A DNA stretch of 64,000 bases from contig CAWAOD010000005.1 in the NCBI GenBank assembly GCA_963783575.1, positions 480,001-544,000 on the forward strand, in the 5' to 3' direction. The notes under the pieces were generated by a model. That model was given only the letters and a program-made list of their open reading frames with translations. It had not been told where the DNA came from and searched no databases. Each line of letters starts with the position of its first letter. Position 1 is the first letter of the stretch. Both the position numbers and the translations under genes were made by a program. Shown in pieces: positions 1 through 7,830 of the stretch. The stretch comes from an uncultured Spirochaetota bacterium. Its GTDB lineage: Bacteria; Spirochaetota; Brevinematia; Brevinematales; JAOACQ01.

Positions 1-105
1 CCATTCCCAAACAGTTTGTTTTTTTTGATCTGTCTGGAATCACTTTTTTATATAAAACCGGGCTGAATTTACCGGCAAAACTGCTTTTATTCCATCACTA
101 TGCCA

Positions 106-1337
106 TTATATACCTCCATAGACCTGAATTTTCCCGATATTGTGCACAGTATTATATAATACCCATTGAATATTCACTTTTCCCTTTCCCCTCAGCGTAA
201 ATCGATCCATACCTTTACATGCCCTTATATTCCCGAATACAGGCTCAACTATAGCCATTCTTTTCGCATAAAGCTTTCTGCCTTCAGGTGTATCTATGAA
301 CTTTCTCATTTCGTCCGAGTAATGTCTGTTATCCGCATTCAATGGCCTTTGCAACATCGTGTTGCTGTCGAACTAACGTTCGACGGCCTTTTTGGCTATA
401 TAGTAGCTCTTATGGAACCTCCGTGTTCCCAAGGTTGTTTGATTTTATTTTAATTCTTCAGGAAGTCTTTCTGGAATGGACAATTACGGCAGGCCGATAA
501 CCGGCAGATATACTTCGCGTATGTAATGTGATTCACCGTATGGTTATATCTGAACCTGAGTTCCTCTCCTTTCTTGCATATATAAACATTATTTTCCGGA
601 TCATATTGAAAATCATCAATTGTATACTGCCCTTTCTTCGCAGGCTTATGTCTGTCAGCGGTTTCAAACCTGCAATCGCGCTTCCTGAAATTCGTATCCG
701 GGATGACCGGTTTCATACCGTTTTGCGAAATATATTTCAGGTTCTTTTCGCTGAAATAATTGGTGTCCGCAGTGATTATTTTATCCTTTAAATCTTTTCC
801 CAATTCTACTTTTGCTTTACGGATCATCCCTTTCAGGAATTCCCCCTCAGACCCGCTCCCAAAAGCTTCGGGATATACCACAACCTGATACTTCGAATCC
901 ACTACAGAAAGTCCGTTGTAGCCCTGGATAACACCATGTGAACTCTTTATTTTCGCACTCTCGTTGTCAGTGACATTGGACTGCTTTTCACCATGCCGTG
1001 CCTTGTCTTTGGGTTTTTCACTTTCCAGAAACTTTTCTATCTTTTCAGCTTTCTTTAAAATCTTCTCGATCCGTGCCAGATCTTTTTCCTTATCCTTCTC
1101 AGGAAAACCGCCGGCCTGATCACGCTTTTCATGTTCATCAAGCATTTCCTTAACCAGGTTTTCCAGCTTCTCTTTTTTCTTCTTCAAATCCTTAAATGTT
1201 CCGCTCCATTCCTTTGATGCATTTGACGATAGTTTGCACCCGTCCAGCGCGAACATATCCCCGCCTATGAGATTCAGTTCATCGCAAACCATCAGTATAT
1301 TAAGGAATATGGTATTTATCTCATTTTTCATCGAAGA
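106..1337 (-). pseudogene. IS1182-family transposase, 5'-truncated and disrupted
   Basis: ORF 450-1331 has ALDGCKLSSNASKEWSG, NVTDNESAKIKSSHGVIQGYN and ADTNYFS motifs; ORF 106-357 has the C-terminal KRMAIVEPVFGNI...RFTLRGKGKVNIQW motif. N-terminus is missing (fused to a hairpin at ~1337); stop codons and a frame change lie between 357 and 450. Confidence 0.9.
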
Positions 1338-1408
1338 ACCCGCAAACCTAAGCGCGCGGGGCTGGCGCTAAGGTTTGCGGGCTTCGTATAGTCGAGCCGT
1401 TGTACGCC
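1332..1408 (+). repeat. attC-like recombination site, right part (central hairpin, L'-like TATA, R'-like GTTGTAC)
   Basis: Hairpin CCCGCAAACCT-A-AGCGC / GCGCT-A-AGGTTTGCGGG (1339-1381), then CTTCG TATA GTCGAGCC GTTGTACGCC. The core is complementary (11/12) to GGCGCACAACGG at 1972-1983. Confidence 0.65.
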
Positions 1409-1453
1409 ATTCAATGTGAACTATATCCCTATTCCTAAGTTTTTAAATTTTAA

Positions 1454-1482
1454 TTGACAAATTTATAAATATGTATTACTAT
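1454..1482 (+). promoter_or_regulatory. sigma70-type promoter of the toxin-antitoxin operon
   Basis: TTGACA (1454-1459), 17 bp spacer, TACTAT (1477-1482); ATG lies 8 bp downstream with no Shine-Dalgarno; imperfect palindrome ATGTA...TACAT overlaps the -10. Confidence 0.7.
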
Positions 1483-1490
1483 GTTTACAT

Positions 1491-1760
1491 ATGGTATATT
1501 ATGAAGAAGATGTGGAAAAAAATTTGTCTAAAGGTAAAATTCCACAAGATGTTTTTGTCCACATGAATAATGCTTTTATTTCTATTGATTCGACTAAAGA
1601 TTTAACTTTATTCGATATTAAAAAGCTGATATCTAAAAAAAAAACAGCTTATTACAGGTTAAGAAAAGGAAAATATAGGGCTATTTTTTATTTAGAAGAT
1701 GATAGTGTGTATGTTATTAAAATTTCAAAAAGGGAGGATGTGTACAAAAAATGGGAGTAA
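1491..1760 (+). CDS. RelE/ParE-family type II toxin
   Basis: 89 aa, basic; DIKKL...YYRLRKGKYRAIF...VIKISKREDVYK is the RelE signature; overlaps the downstream antitoxin. Confidence 0.85.
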   Translation: MVYYEEDVEKNLSKGKIPQDVFVHMNNAFISIDSTKDLTLFDIKKLISKKKTAYYRLRKGKYRAIFYLEDDSVYVIKISKREDVYKKWE

Positions 1761-2002
1761 TCTCAGTTCGTTTCAATCCAAAAGAAGAAAAAGTTCTTAA
1801 TTATTTGTCTAAATATTATGATAAAGAAAAATCATCGCTGATAAAACAAGCATTGATAGATATGTATGAAGATATAGTTGATCGTGAGGAAATAGATAAA
1901 TTTTTGATTAGAAAGGAAAAAGGGAAGATTAGTTTTAAATCAGCTGATGAAATACTGGATGCACAGGGCACGGCGCACAACGGCCTTATAGAAAAAGTCT
2001 AA
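1751..2002 (+). CDS. Antitoxin, ribbon-helix-helix (DUF6290-like)
   Basis: VISVRFNPKEEKVL...SSLIKQAL RHH pattern, acidic C-terminal half, RBS GGGAGG, translationally coupled to the toxin. Confidence 0.75.
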   Translation: MGVISVRFNPKEEKVLNYLSKYYDKEKSSLIKQALIDMYEDIVDREEIDKFLIRKEKGKISFKSADEILDAQGTAHNGLIEKV

Positions 2003-2005
2003 TTT
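1972..2005. mobile_element. attC R''-like core joined to a putative IS1182-type terminal sequence (junction 1)
   Basis: GGCGCACAAC-GG-CCTTATAGAAAAAGTCTAATTT; near-identical to junction 2 at 4296-4326. Confidence 0.5.
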
Positions 2006-2208
2006 AAGTTACAGTTTTCCTATCCATCCGGTTCCAAAAATATTATTTTGCCGAATAGCATTAATTTTCTATATGTTGAAAAATATTGATTATAATGCCC
2101 CCCGCAGTATTAACGCCATTTCTGATTGAGCCTTTGTGCATTAAAAAGTGAACTCGGTATAATTTTAGTCGTTATTCATCATTAACATGGTAAGAACAAG
2201 CATAAGGG

Positions 2209-2437
2209 TTTTGCCATGGAGGGCAAAAACCGAGGAATCAGTCAAAGGACGGACTGATGACGAGGCGATTTTTTAAAAGAGTGGTTTGAAAAATACACCG
2301 AATAACATCTCAATACTTAAAGACCACTTTGCATGAAATGACGCTCATGCGAAGGGGCTACTCTTTCTTGGCACACCTTCTATCTGTTCGCCACAGAAAG
2401 AAGGTGTGAAAGCCACATTGCCGAGGCTCTGCGGCAA
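2209..2437. repeat. Multi-hairpin palindromic element (MITE/REP-like or structured RNA)
   Basis: Stems at 2209-2228, 2237-2258, 2331-2350, 2372-2408 (CACACCTTCT/AGAAGGTGTG plus an inner stem) and 2418-2437. Confidence 0.55.
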
Positions 2438-2671
2438 CTAATATTTGAAAAGAACCTTATGGGCCAAATTGATTTGAAAACTTTTATGTTTAGTTCTATA
2501 ATGAAACAAAAAGTGTTTCGTTAGGAATAAAAGTGTTACCCATGTCTTGAGGTTGGACCCCAGACAAAAATTAGTTATAGGCGCGCGCGAAAGGAGATAA
2601 TTCGTAGTATCTGGAATAGCAACCAATCGCAATAAGACTTCTGATAACAATAATTGGGATAAGATTGCTTA

Positions 2672-3268
2672 TTACACTGTAAAAACAGGAAGCAGTATTT
2701 CATCGACAAATAACGCAATCCGGTTCGAATCAACATTTTTATACATAAGATTTTCCATACGAATAAGGTTAAACGGTAAGGTCAGTGTTATGTCGCTGAC
2801 CTCTTTTATCTTTTCGCCTCTTGACTTTGCATTTTCCAGTAATTTTCGCATAACCAGGATATTTTTTGCTGCTGCGTCTACCTCAGCTTCGGGGACTTTG
2901 TTATTACCTTGCCCTATTTCAAATAAAACTGCACTCAAAATTTCCGGACCAATTTCTGCGTAGATACTCTGGTAGAGTGTAAGCAAATTTAACAGATCCC
3001 CACGTAAAGCTCCGCTATTTTCTATTCTGTCGATTAATTGACCACCAAGCGCTTTAGATGATCTGTCATCAACTATTTCCATAAGTAAGTCAAACATGTT
3101 TACCCACCGTCGATACAACACACTGCGGCTGGTTTTTGCTGTCTTCGCAATCTGCAGAAAAGTGAGATTGGCGTAACCGACTTTTTTTATGAGCTTTACA
3201 GCCGCGTCATAAATACTTTCGACTAAAGTATCTCCCCGCTTTCGTGTATTCACACTTGTCTCATTCAT
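2672..3268 (-). CDS. TetR/AcrR-family transcriptional regulator
   Basis: N-terminal HTH AAVKLIKKVGYANLTFLQIAKTAKTSRSVLYRRW; RBS GAGGAG; divergent from the methyltransferase. Confidence 0.9.
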   Translation of the reverse strand: MNETSVNTRKRGDTLVESIYDAAVKLIKKVGYANLTFLQIAKTAKTSRSVLYRRWVNMFDLLMEIVDDRSSKALGGQLIDRIENSGALRGDLLNLLTLYQSIYAEIGPEILSAVLFEIGQGNNKVPEAEVDAAAKNILVMRKLLENAKSRGEKIKEVSDITLTLPFNLIRMENLMYKNVDSNRIALFVDEILLPVFTV

Positions 3269-3323
3269 GGATATACATCTCCTCAGTCTGTATTTCTGTA
3301 ATAGTATACAATATTTTTAAAAA

Positions 3324-3354
3324 AAATATAAGATACATCTTGTATTTTATATTT
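3324..3354. promoter_or_regulatory. Putative TetR operator 1
   Basis: AAATATAAGATAC-atctt-GTATTTTATATTT inverted repeat in the divergent intergenic region. Confidence 0.7.
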
Positions 3355-3374
3355 GGATAGTGTATACTATTAAT

Positions 3375-3397
3375 ATAAGATACATATAGTATCTTAT
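3375..3397. promoter_or_regulatory. Putative TetR operator 2
   Basis: Perfect ATAAGATAC-N5-GTATCTTAT, same half-site and spacing as operator 1. Confidence 0.75.
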
Positions 3398-3443
3398 CGA
3401 AGAATTGTCGAAATTAACCAGGCAAAAATTAAAGGAGGGAATT

Positions 3444-4175
3444 ATGACACAGAGCATACAGAAATCCAAACCGGATTATGGTTTTGATGGTTCGCCATTC
3501 GGAGTCACCATTATTTGTTTAGCGGGAGTAGTTTGTTTTGGCGGGGGAGCTGCTTTAATCACTTTTCCCAGTCTCATCCTGAAGATTGTGGCCGTTGTTC
3601 TTATGATTTGCGGTTTGTTAATAATTCTTGTTTGTGGTTCATATCTTTATTACGTCAAGCTCGGCAAATTCCACCGCAGGGACAAGATGCTTTCCATGAT
3701 TGATTGGAAAGGAAATGAAAAAGTCCTTGATATCGGCACTGGACGGGGACTTTTAATGATTGGAGCTGCCAAAAAATTGACTCAGGGAAAGAGCATCGGC
3801 ATTGATATTTGGAATGCGGGAGATATGCACAGCAATACTTATCAAAATACCATGAGAAATGCCGAGCTTGAGGGGGTACTTGAAAAAGTTGAAGTAAGAA
3901 ATGAGGATGTGCGAGGTATGTCCTTTCCCAATGATTCCTTTGATGTTGTTCTTTCCAACCTTTGTATCCACAACATCCCTGCCAAAGATGGACGAGAGAA
4001 AGCCTGCCGGGAAATAGCGAGAGTCTTGAAATCAAATGGAACAGCGATCATTGCCGATAAATCTCACCTAAAAGAATACGGTGAAATTTTCGCAATGGAA
4101 GGGTTAACAGTGGAGGTTTTTCGTACTTCTTTTGACGGTTCGCTCCGCGGGATTGTAAAGGCGGTCAAAAAGTGA
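3444..4175 (+). CDS. Membrane-anchored class I SAM-dependent methyltransferase
   Basis: Two N-terminal hydrophobic helices; VLDIGTGRG, GIDIW and FDVVLSNLCIHNI motifs; start moved to the ATG at 3444 behind RBS AAGGAGG. Confidence 0.88.
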   Translation: MTQSIQKSKPDYGFDGSPFGVTIICLAGVVCFGGGAALITFPSLILKIVAVVLMICGLLIILVCGSYLYYVKLGKFHRRDKMLSMIDWKGNEKVLDIGTGRGLLMIGAAKKLTQGKSIGIDIWNAGDMHSNTYQNTMRNAELEGVLEKVEVRNEDVRGMSFPNDSFDVVLSNLCIHNIPAKDGREKACREIARVLKSNGTAIIADKSHLKEYGEIFAMEGLTVEVFRTSFDGSLRGIVKAVKK

Positions 4176-4291
4176 AGCTTATATTTGATACAAAACTCTT
4201 CAAAACTATTGGGGATTGGTGATTTTTGCAATAGGAGAATATTAAAGAAATGCGCAAGTAAGAAATTGATATATAGTAGTTTGCCTTGCTT

Positions 4292-4385
4292 ACTTCACAC
4301 AACGGCTTTGTAGAATAAGTTAATTTCAGGTAATAATACTCCCTTTCCAAAGAGTATGTTTTTTATCGATCTGTCCGGAATTTTA
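4292..4385. mobile_element. attC R''-like core joined to an IS1182 right-end remnant (junction 2)
   Basis: ACTTCACACAAC-GG-CTTTGTAGAATAAGTTAATTT; 4341-4381 resembles window positions 1-40, which lie just 3' of the IS1182 transposase stop. Confidence 0.55.
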
Positions 4386-4475
4386 GAGAGGGTGATGGAT
4401 AAAATAGCAAGGCATGGATACTGAGGCACTTATCGATTTCTATTATAAATTCAATCTTTTTTCTAAGCCTTTCAA

Positions 4476-5051
4476 TCATATTGGCCCCTTAAATAATTCT
4501 GTTTGATAATTATAAAATGCTATCGCAGCAGGATGGAGATATTCCTTTTTATTAATAACAAAAAATATTTTTTGTTTGGCAATTTCCAGAATACCTTTCT
4601 CAAAATCATCTAAGACTAGGTTTAAATATGGCTTATAATCATAACCGCGGTTTGGGTCCAGGAAATCTGCTGCAAAAATGATCTTTGAAAACATTGTCAT
4701 ACCTGTTTTTCCTGTTGCATGATTTGATATAGCATTCAGGATTTCCCTGTCTTTAATCCCAAATTTTTTATTTGCGATTGCGCTGCCGATTTTTGCATGA
4801 ATTATACCCCTTGCTTTAATGTCGTCTTTAGAAAAAGAAATATGGTAATGCCTACCAATCCGCAATTGATCTTCTACACTCAATGATTTTCCTATATCAT
4901 GAAGAAGGGCAGCAGCCCTTAGCCTGTTTGTGTCGACTAAGTATTTTTCTCCGATCAGATTGCATATTTCCTCAACCCCCAATGTATGGAGGAATCTTTC
5001 ATCGCTAAGCATAATCTGAATTTCATGCCGTATTTTGTCTAATTCAATCAT
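4476..5051 (-). CDS. yqeK: HD-domain hydrolase, YqeK-like (Ap4A hydrolase)
   Basis: RFLHTLGV...AALLHDIGK...IIHAKIGS...AISNHATG...IIFAADFLDPNR. Confidence 0.8.
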   Translation of the reverse strand: MIELDKIRHEIQIMLSDERFLHTLGVEEICNLIGEKYLVDTNRLRAAALLHDIGKSLSVEDQLRIGRHYHISFSKDDIKARGIIHAKIGSAIANKKFGIKDREILNAISNHATGKTGMTMFSKIIFAADFLDPNRGYDYKPYLNLVLDDFEKGILEIAKQKIFFVINKKEYLHPAAIAFYNYQTELFKGPI

Positions 5052-5186
5052 AAAATATTCCTGAATTAAATTAATTTTACATTTTAATCAGCTGGTATAA
5101 TTTAGGTTTGCGGTTAAATCCCGATCATATTCAATACTTTAAAACAGATTATCGTAAAAATCAAGTCCGTGGATTAAGAATGGCAA

Positions 5187-5375
5187 TCACTTTTTCGTAC
5201 TTCTAGTTAATTTTCTCTGCTTCTTGAATTGACCCCAAGCCAGGTCTTTTTTAATTAATTCCTTAATATAATTTGTTATACTAATTTCTTTTTCAATACA
5301 ATGTTGTTGTATAATATTGTATAGTTGTATTTCTTTAGGACTAAACAATACTTGTATCAACTTTTCTTCTTGCAT
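5187..5375 (-). CDS. Small putative DNA-binding protein (RHH/CopG-like)
   Basis: Strong RBS AAAAGGAG; ISITNYIKELIKKDL resembles the RHH second helix. Confidence 0.45.
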   Translation of the reverse strand: MQEEKLIQVLFSPKEIQLYNIIQQHCIEKEISITNYIKELIKKDLAWGQFKKQRKLTRSTKK

Positions 5376-5667
5376 ATAATTCTCCTTTTTTATGAAATGG
5401 AAAAATATACAGAACAGCAGCTAAATATCTTAGGTATAAAATAATTGTATAAGTCCATCATTTCATTAGCAAGCCTAATGCTGCCTGAAGTTTTTCCTTA
5501 CAATTATTATTTTTGTAAAAGGCGGACATTATCAGCAATAATATTATCATTAAATACTGATGGCTTAACATGTTCAACATTTGCATATCCTTCAAATATG
5601 TATTTTCGTTTTGAATGAATGACAATTTACTTTATTGAACTTAACAAATATTATATAATTTTAAAGT

Positions 5668-6939
5668 TCATATCAACGGTTTTGGGGATTTATTTTTTTC
5701 TTTTTCATAAAAATAAAGGCCATACATCAAGATGGCGCTGAATATTCCCAGAAAAAACATAACCGCCCATACCGACCGGATGCTGTGATATCGTATATAA
5801 ATTCCCATAATCAAAGGACTTAATGAATAACCTGTTCCTGTAATGAATGATATTATACCGTTAAAGCGTCCCCTATGACTCACAGGGGTATGGCTGTTTA
5901 TAAAAACATTTGTGTTTGTTACCCCTAGAATTTCACCAAATGTCCAGATTACAGCGCATGCTATGAATACAGGTAATGATCGTGCAAAGTAAAGAAGTCC
6001 AAGGCCCGTTGCATAAAAAACTCCTGACGCTGTTATATTAAGTATAGGTTTTATTCTATGAGTCAACGCTGTAATAAAGATTGTTGCCGCAACTATGACT
6101 AATCCGTTTGTTGACATTACCATACCATAAAATCCGGGTCCTTTTTTCCCGAACAGTTCATTAAGATAAAGAGGAAGGCTGAACAACTGCTGAGTGAATA
6201 TAAAATAATAAATAACAGTAACAAGAGAAAACCAGACCAATTCCGGCCTTTTTATAAGCAGAATAAATGAGTTCCCGCTTTGAGACTTTTCAAGTCCGGA
6301 TAACGATTTGCCTGGCATTGGTAAATTCCCCTTTGCCGGAAGGGTTTCAGGAACATAAAAAATTATCAAAGCAACTGAAAGCAGATTTGCAATAATATTA
6401 CCTATAAAGAGCCACGCAATGTGATTATTGAAAAGGTAACCGGCTATCATCGTACCTATGGCAAAACCCAGGTTATTCCCCAGGTATGTAAGGGAAAAAG
6501 CGGCCTTTCTATTTGACGGGCCTGTTAAATCGGCAACAATGGCATTCTGCAGGGGCCAGCTTCCGATTATGAAAAAATTTGCAAGGGCTATAAGCCAAGG
6601 TATTATTTGGTTATTTTTATATAAGAGGCATACTGAAAATATAAAGGCGCAAGCTAAGTTCATCAATATAAAGATCTTTTTCCTGCCGAAATGGTCTGCG
6701 AGCTTTCCTTCCAGAATCATTCCGGAACCTCCGGCAAGCGAGGAAAGCGTTACGATAAATCCGGCAAATTGTGTTGTAAAATGAGCTTTTTCAGTAAGGT
6801 AAAGCGTTAAAAACGGCAGGACAAAATTTCCCGTGCTGTTGATAACCCTGGCAATTGATAGAGCATAAACACTTCCGGGAAGATTCCTATAAATTGAAAA
6901 TCGTTCGGATATTTTCATAAAATAACCTTTTTGTTTCAC
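5668..6939 (-). CDS. MFS transporter
   Basis: About 12 hydrophobic helices; motif A GKLADHFGRKK; start may be the ATG at 6916. Confidence 0.9.
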   Translation of the reverse strand: MKQKGYFMKISERFSIYRNLPGSVYALSIARVINSTGNFVLPFLTLYLTEKAHFTTQFAGFIVTLSSLAGGSGMILEGKLADHFGRKKIFILMNLACAFIFSVCLLYKNNQIIPWLIALANFFIIGSWPLQNAIVADLTGPSNRKAAFSLTYLGNNLGFAIGTMIAGYLFNNHIAWLFIGNIIANLLSVALIIFYVPETLPAKGNLPMPGKSLSGLEKSQSGNSFILLIKRPELVWFSLVTVIYYFIFTQQLFSLPLYLNELFGKKGPGFYGMVMSTNGLVIVAATIFITALTHRIKPILNITASGVFYATGLGLLYFARSLPVFIACAVIWTFGEILGVTNTNVFINSHTPVSHRGRFNGIISFITGTGYSLSPLIMGIYIRYHSIRSVWAVMFFLGIFSAILMYGLYFYEKEKNKSPKPLI

Positions 6940-7079
6940 TATTTACAAAAATATAATGAATTATAGATTATTTTAATGATACTAGCGTAATATGTAAACA
7001 TTAGATGAATTCATCATGAGAAATAATTTGATAATTTTATAAGATTAAATATTTTCTATATTGTATATTCAATAAAATG

Positions 7080-7108
7080 TTGACAAAGGTTTTTGTCATA
7101 CTTATATT
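7080..7108 (+). promoter_or_regulatory. sigma70-like promoter with overlapping palindrome
   Basis: TTGACA-17-TATATT; TGACAAA...TTTGTCA inverted repeat over the -35. Confidence 0.45.
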
Positions 7109-7182
7109 AACATACTGTAATATAAGTTTTATAAATTTATTACCTAATCCGGTATGAACACTTTATAAAGCAGGGGATTCTG

Positions 7183-7718
7183 ATGGAAAAGCAAATTGTT
7201 CAGTCTAACAAGCGTCATAGGATTTATATCGATTCAAGGCTGAGAAGAGCTTTCATTTTATGGAACCTTTCTTATATAGTAATAACAGCAGTTTTGATCC
7301 TTATACTAATTTTTATCTGGTATAAAATCCAGTTCAAACAGAGTTTTGTTTTTCAATGCCCACAAATGAAGAAATTAGCTCCTGGGCGCAGAATAACAAC
7401 ATTAAGCCGACAGATGCGGCTTACTGGCAGGAATTCATTGTCAGAAGCAAACCTATTATATTACTGTCGCTTGTCTGGAAGCCGGTTCTTGGTGTTTCAA
7501 TCATTTCCTCATTAATTATGATTGTTTGTTTTTTTGTTTTATTCCGAAAAAATGCAGGAGTGATTTCAGGTCCTATATACAGGATCACGAAAACCCTTCA
7601 GGATATTGTGGATGGAAAGCCGGTAATTCCGATTAAAATCCGAAAAAAGGATTATTTTTCAGACCTGGCAAGCTTACTTAATGAAGTGCTGAGTAAAAAT
7701 TCTAATAAGAACGGCTAA
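7183..7718 (+). CDS. Two-TM membrane protein with HAMP-like tail (frameshifted at ~7355)
   Basis: ORFs 7183-7515 and 7356-7718 join as ...SFVFQ|MPTNEE if one A is restored; C-terminal ISGPIYRI...IRKKDYFSDLA HAMP-like motif. Confidence 0.65.
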
Positions 7719-7787
7719 ACTTGAACCAATGCTTTTAATTTCATTTCCAATTAAAATTAGAGTATTCTCAGGGCCTGAATATAACAA

Positions 7788-7815
7788 AAGGGGCTGCTTT
7801 TTCTGGCAGCCCCTT
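7788..7815 (-). terminator. Rho-independent terminator between convergent genes
   Basis: AAGGGGCTGC-N8-GCAGCCCCTT perfect 10-bp stem, with a short U-tract on the minus strand. Confidence 0.75.
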
Positions 7816-7830
7816 AAATCTTAAATAATA

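Noticed and set aside
2438..2650. 70-aa minus-strand ORF
   Set aside because: No RBS or recognisable motif; lies in mobile-element debris.
4165..4350. 61-aa minus-strand ORF
   Set aside because: Crosses the attC/IS junction; no coding signature.
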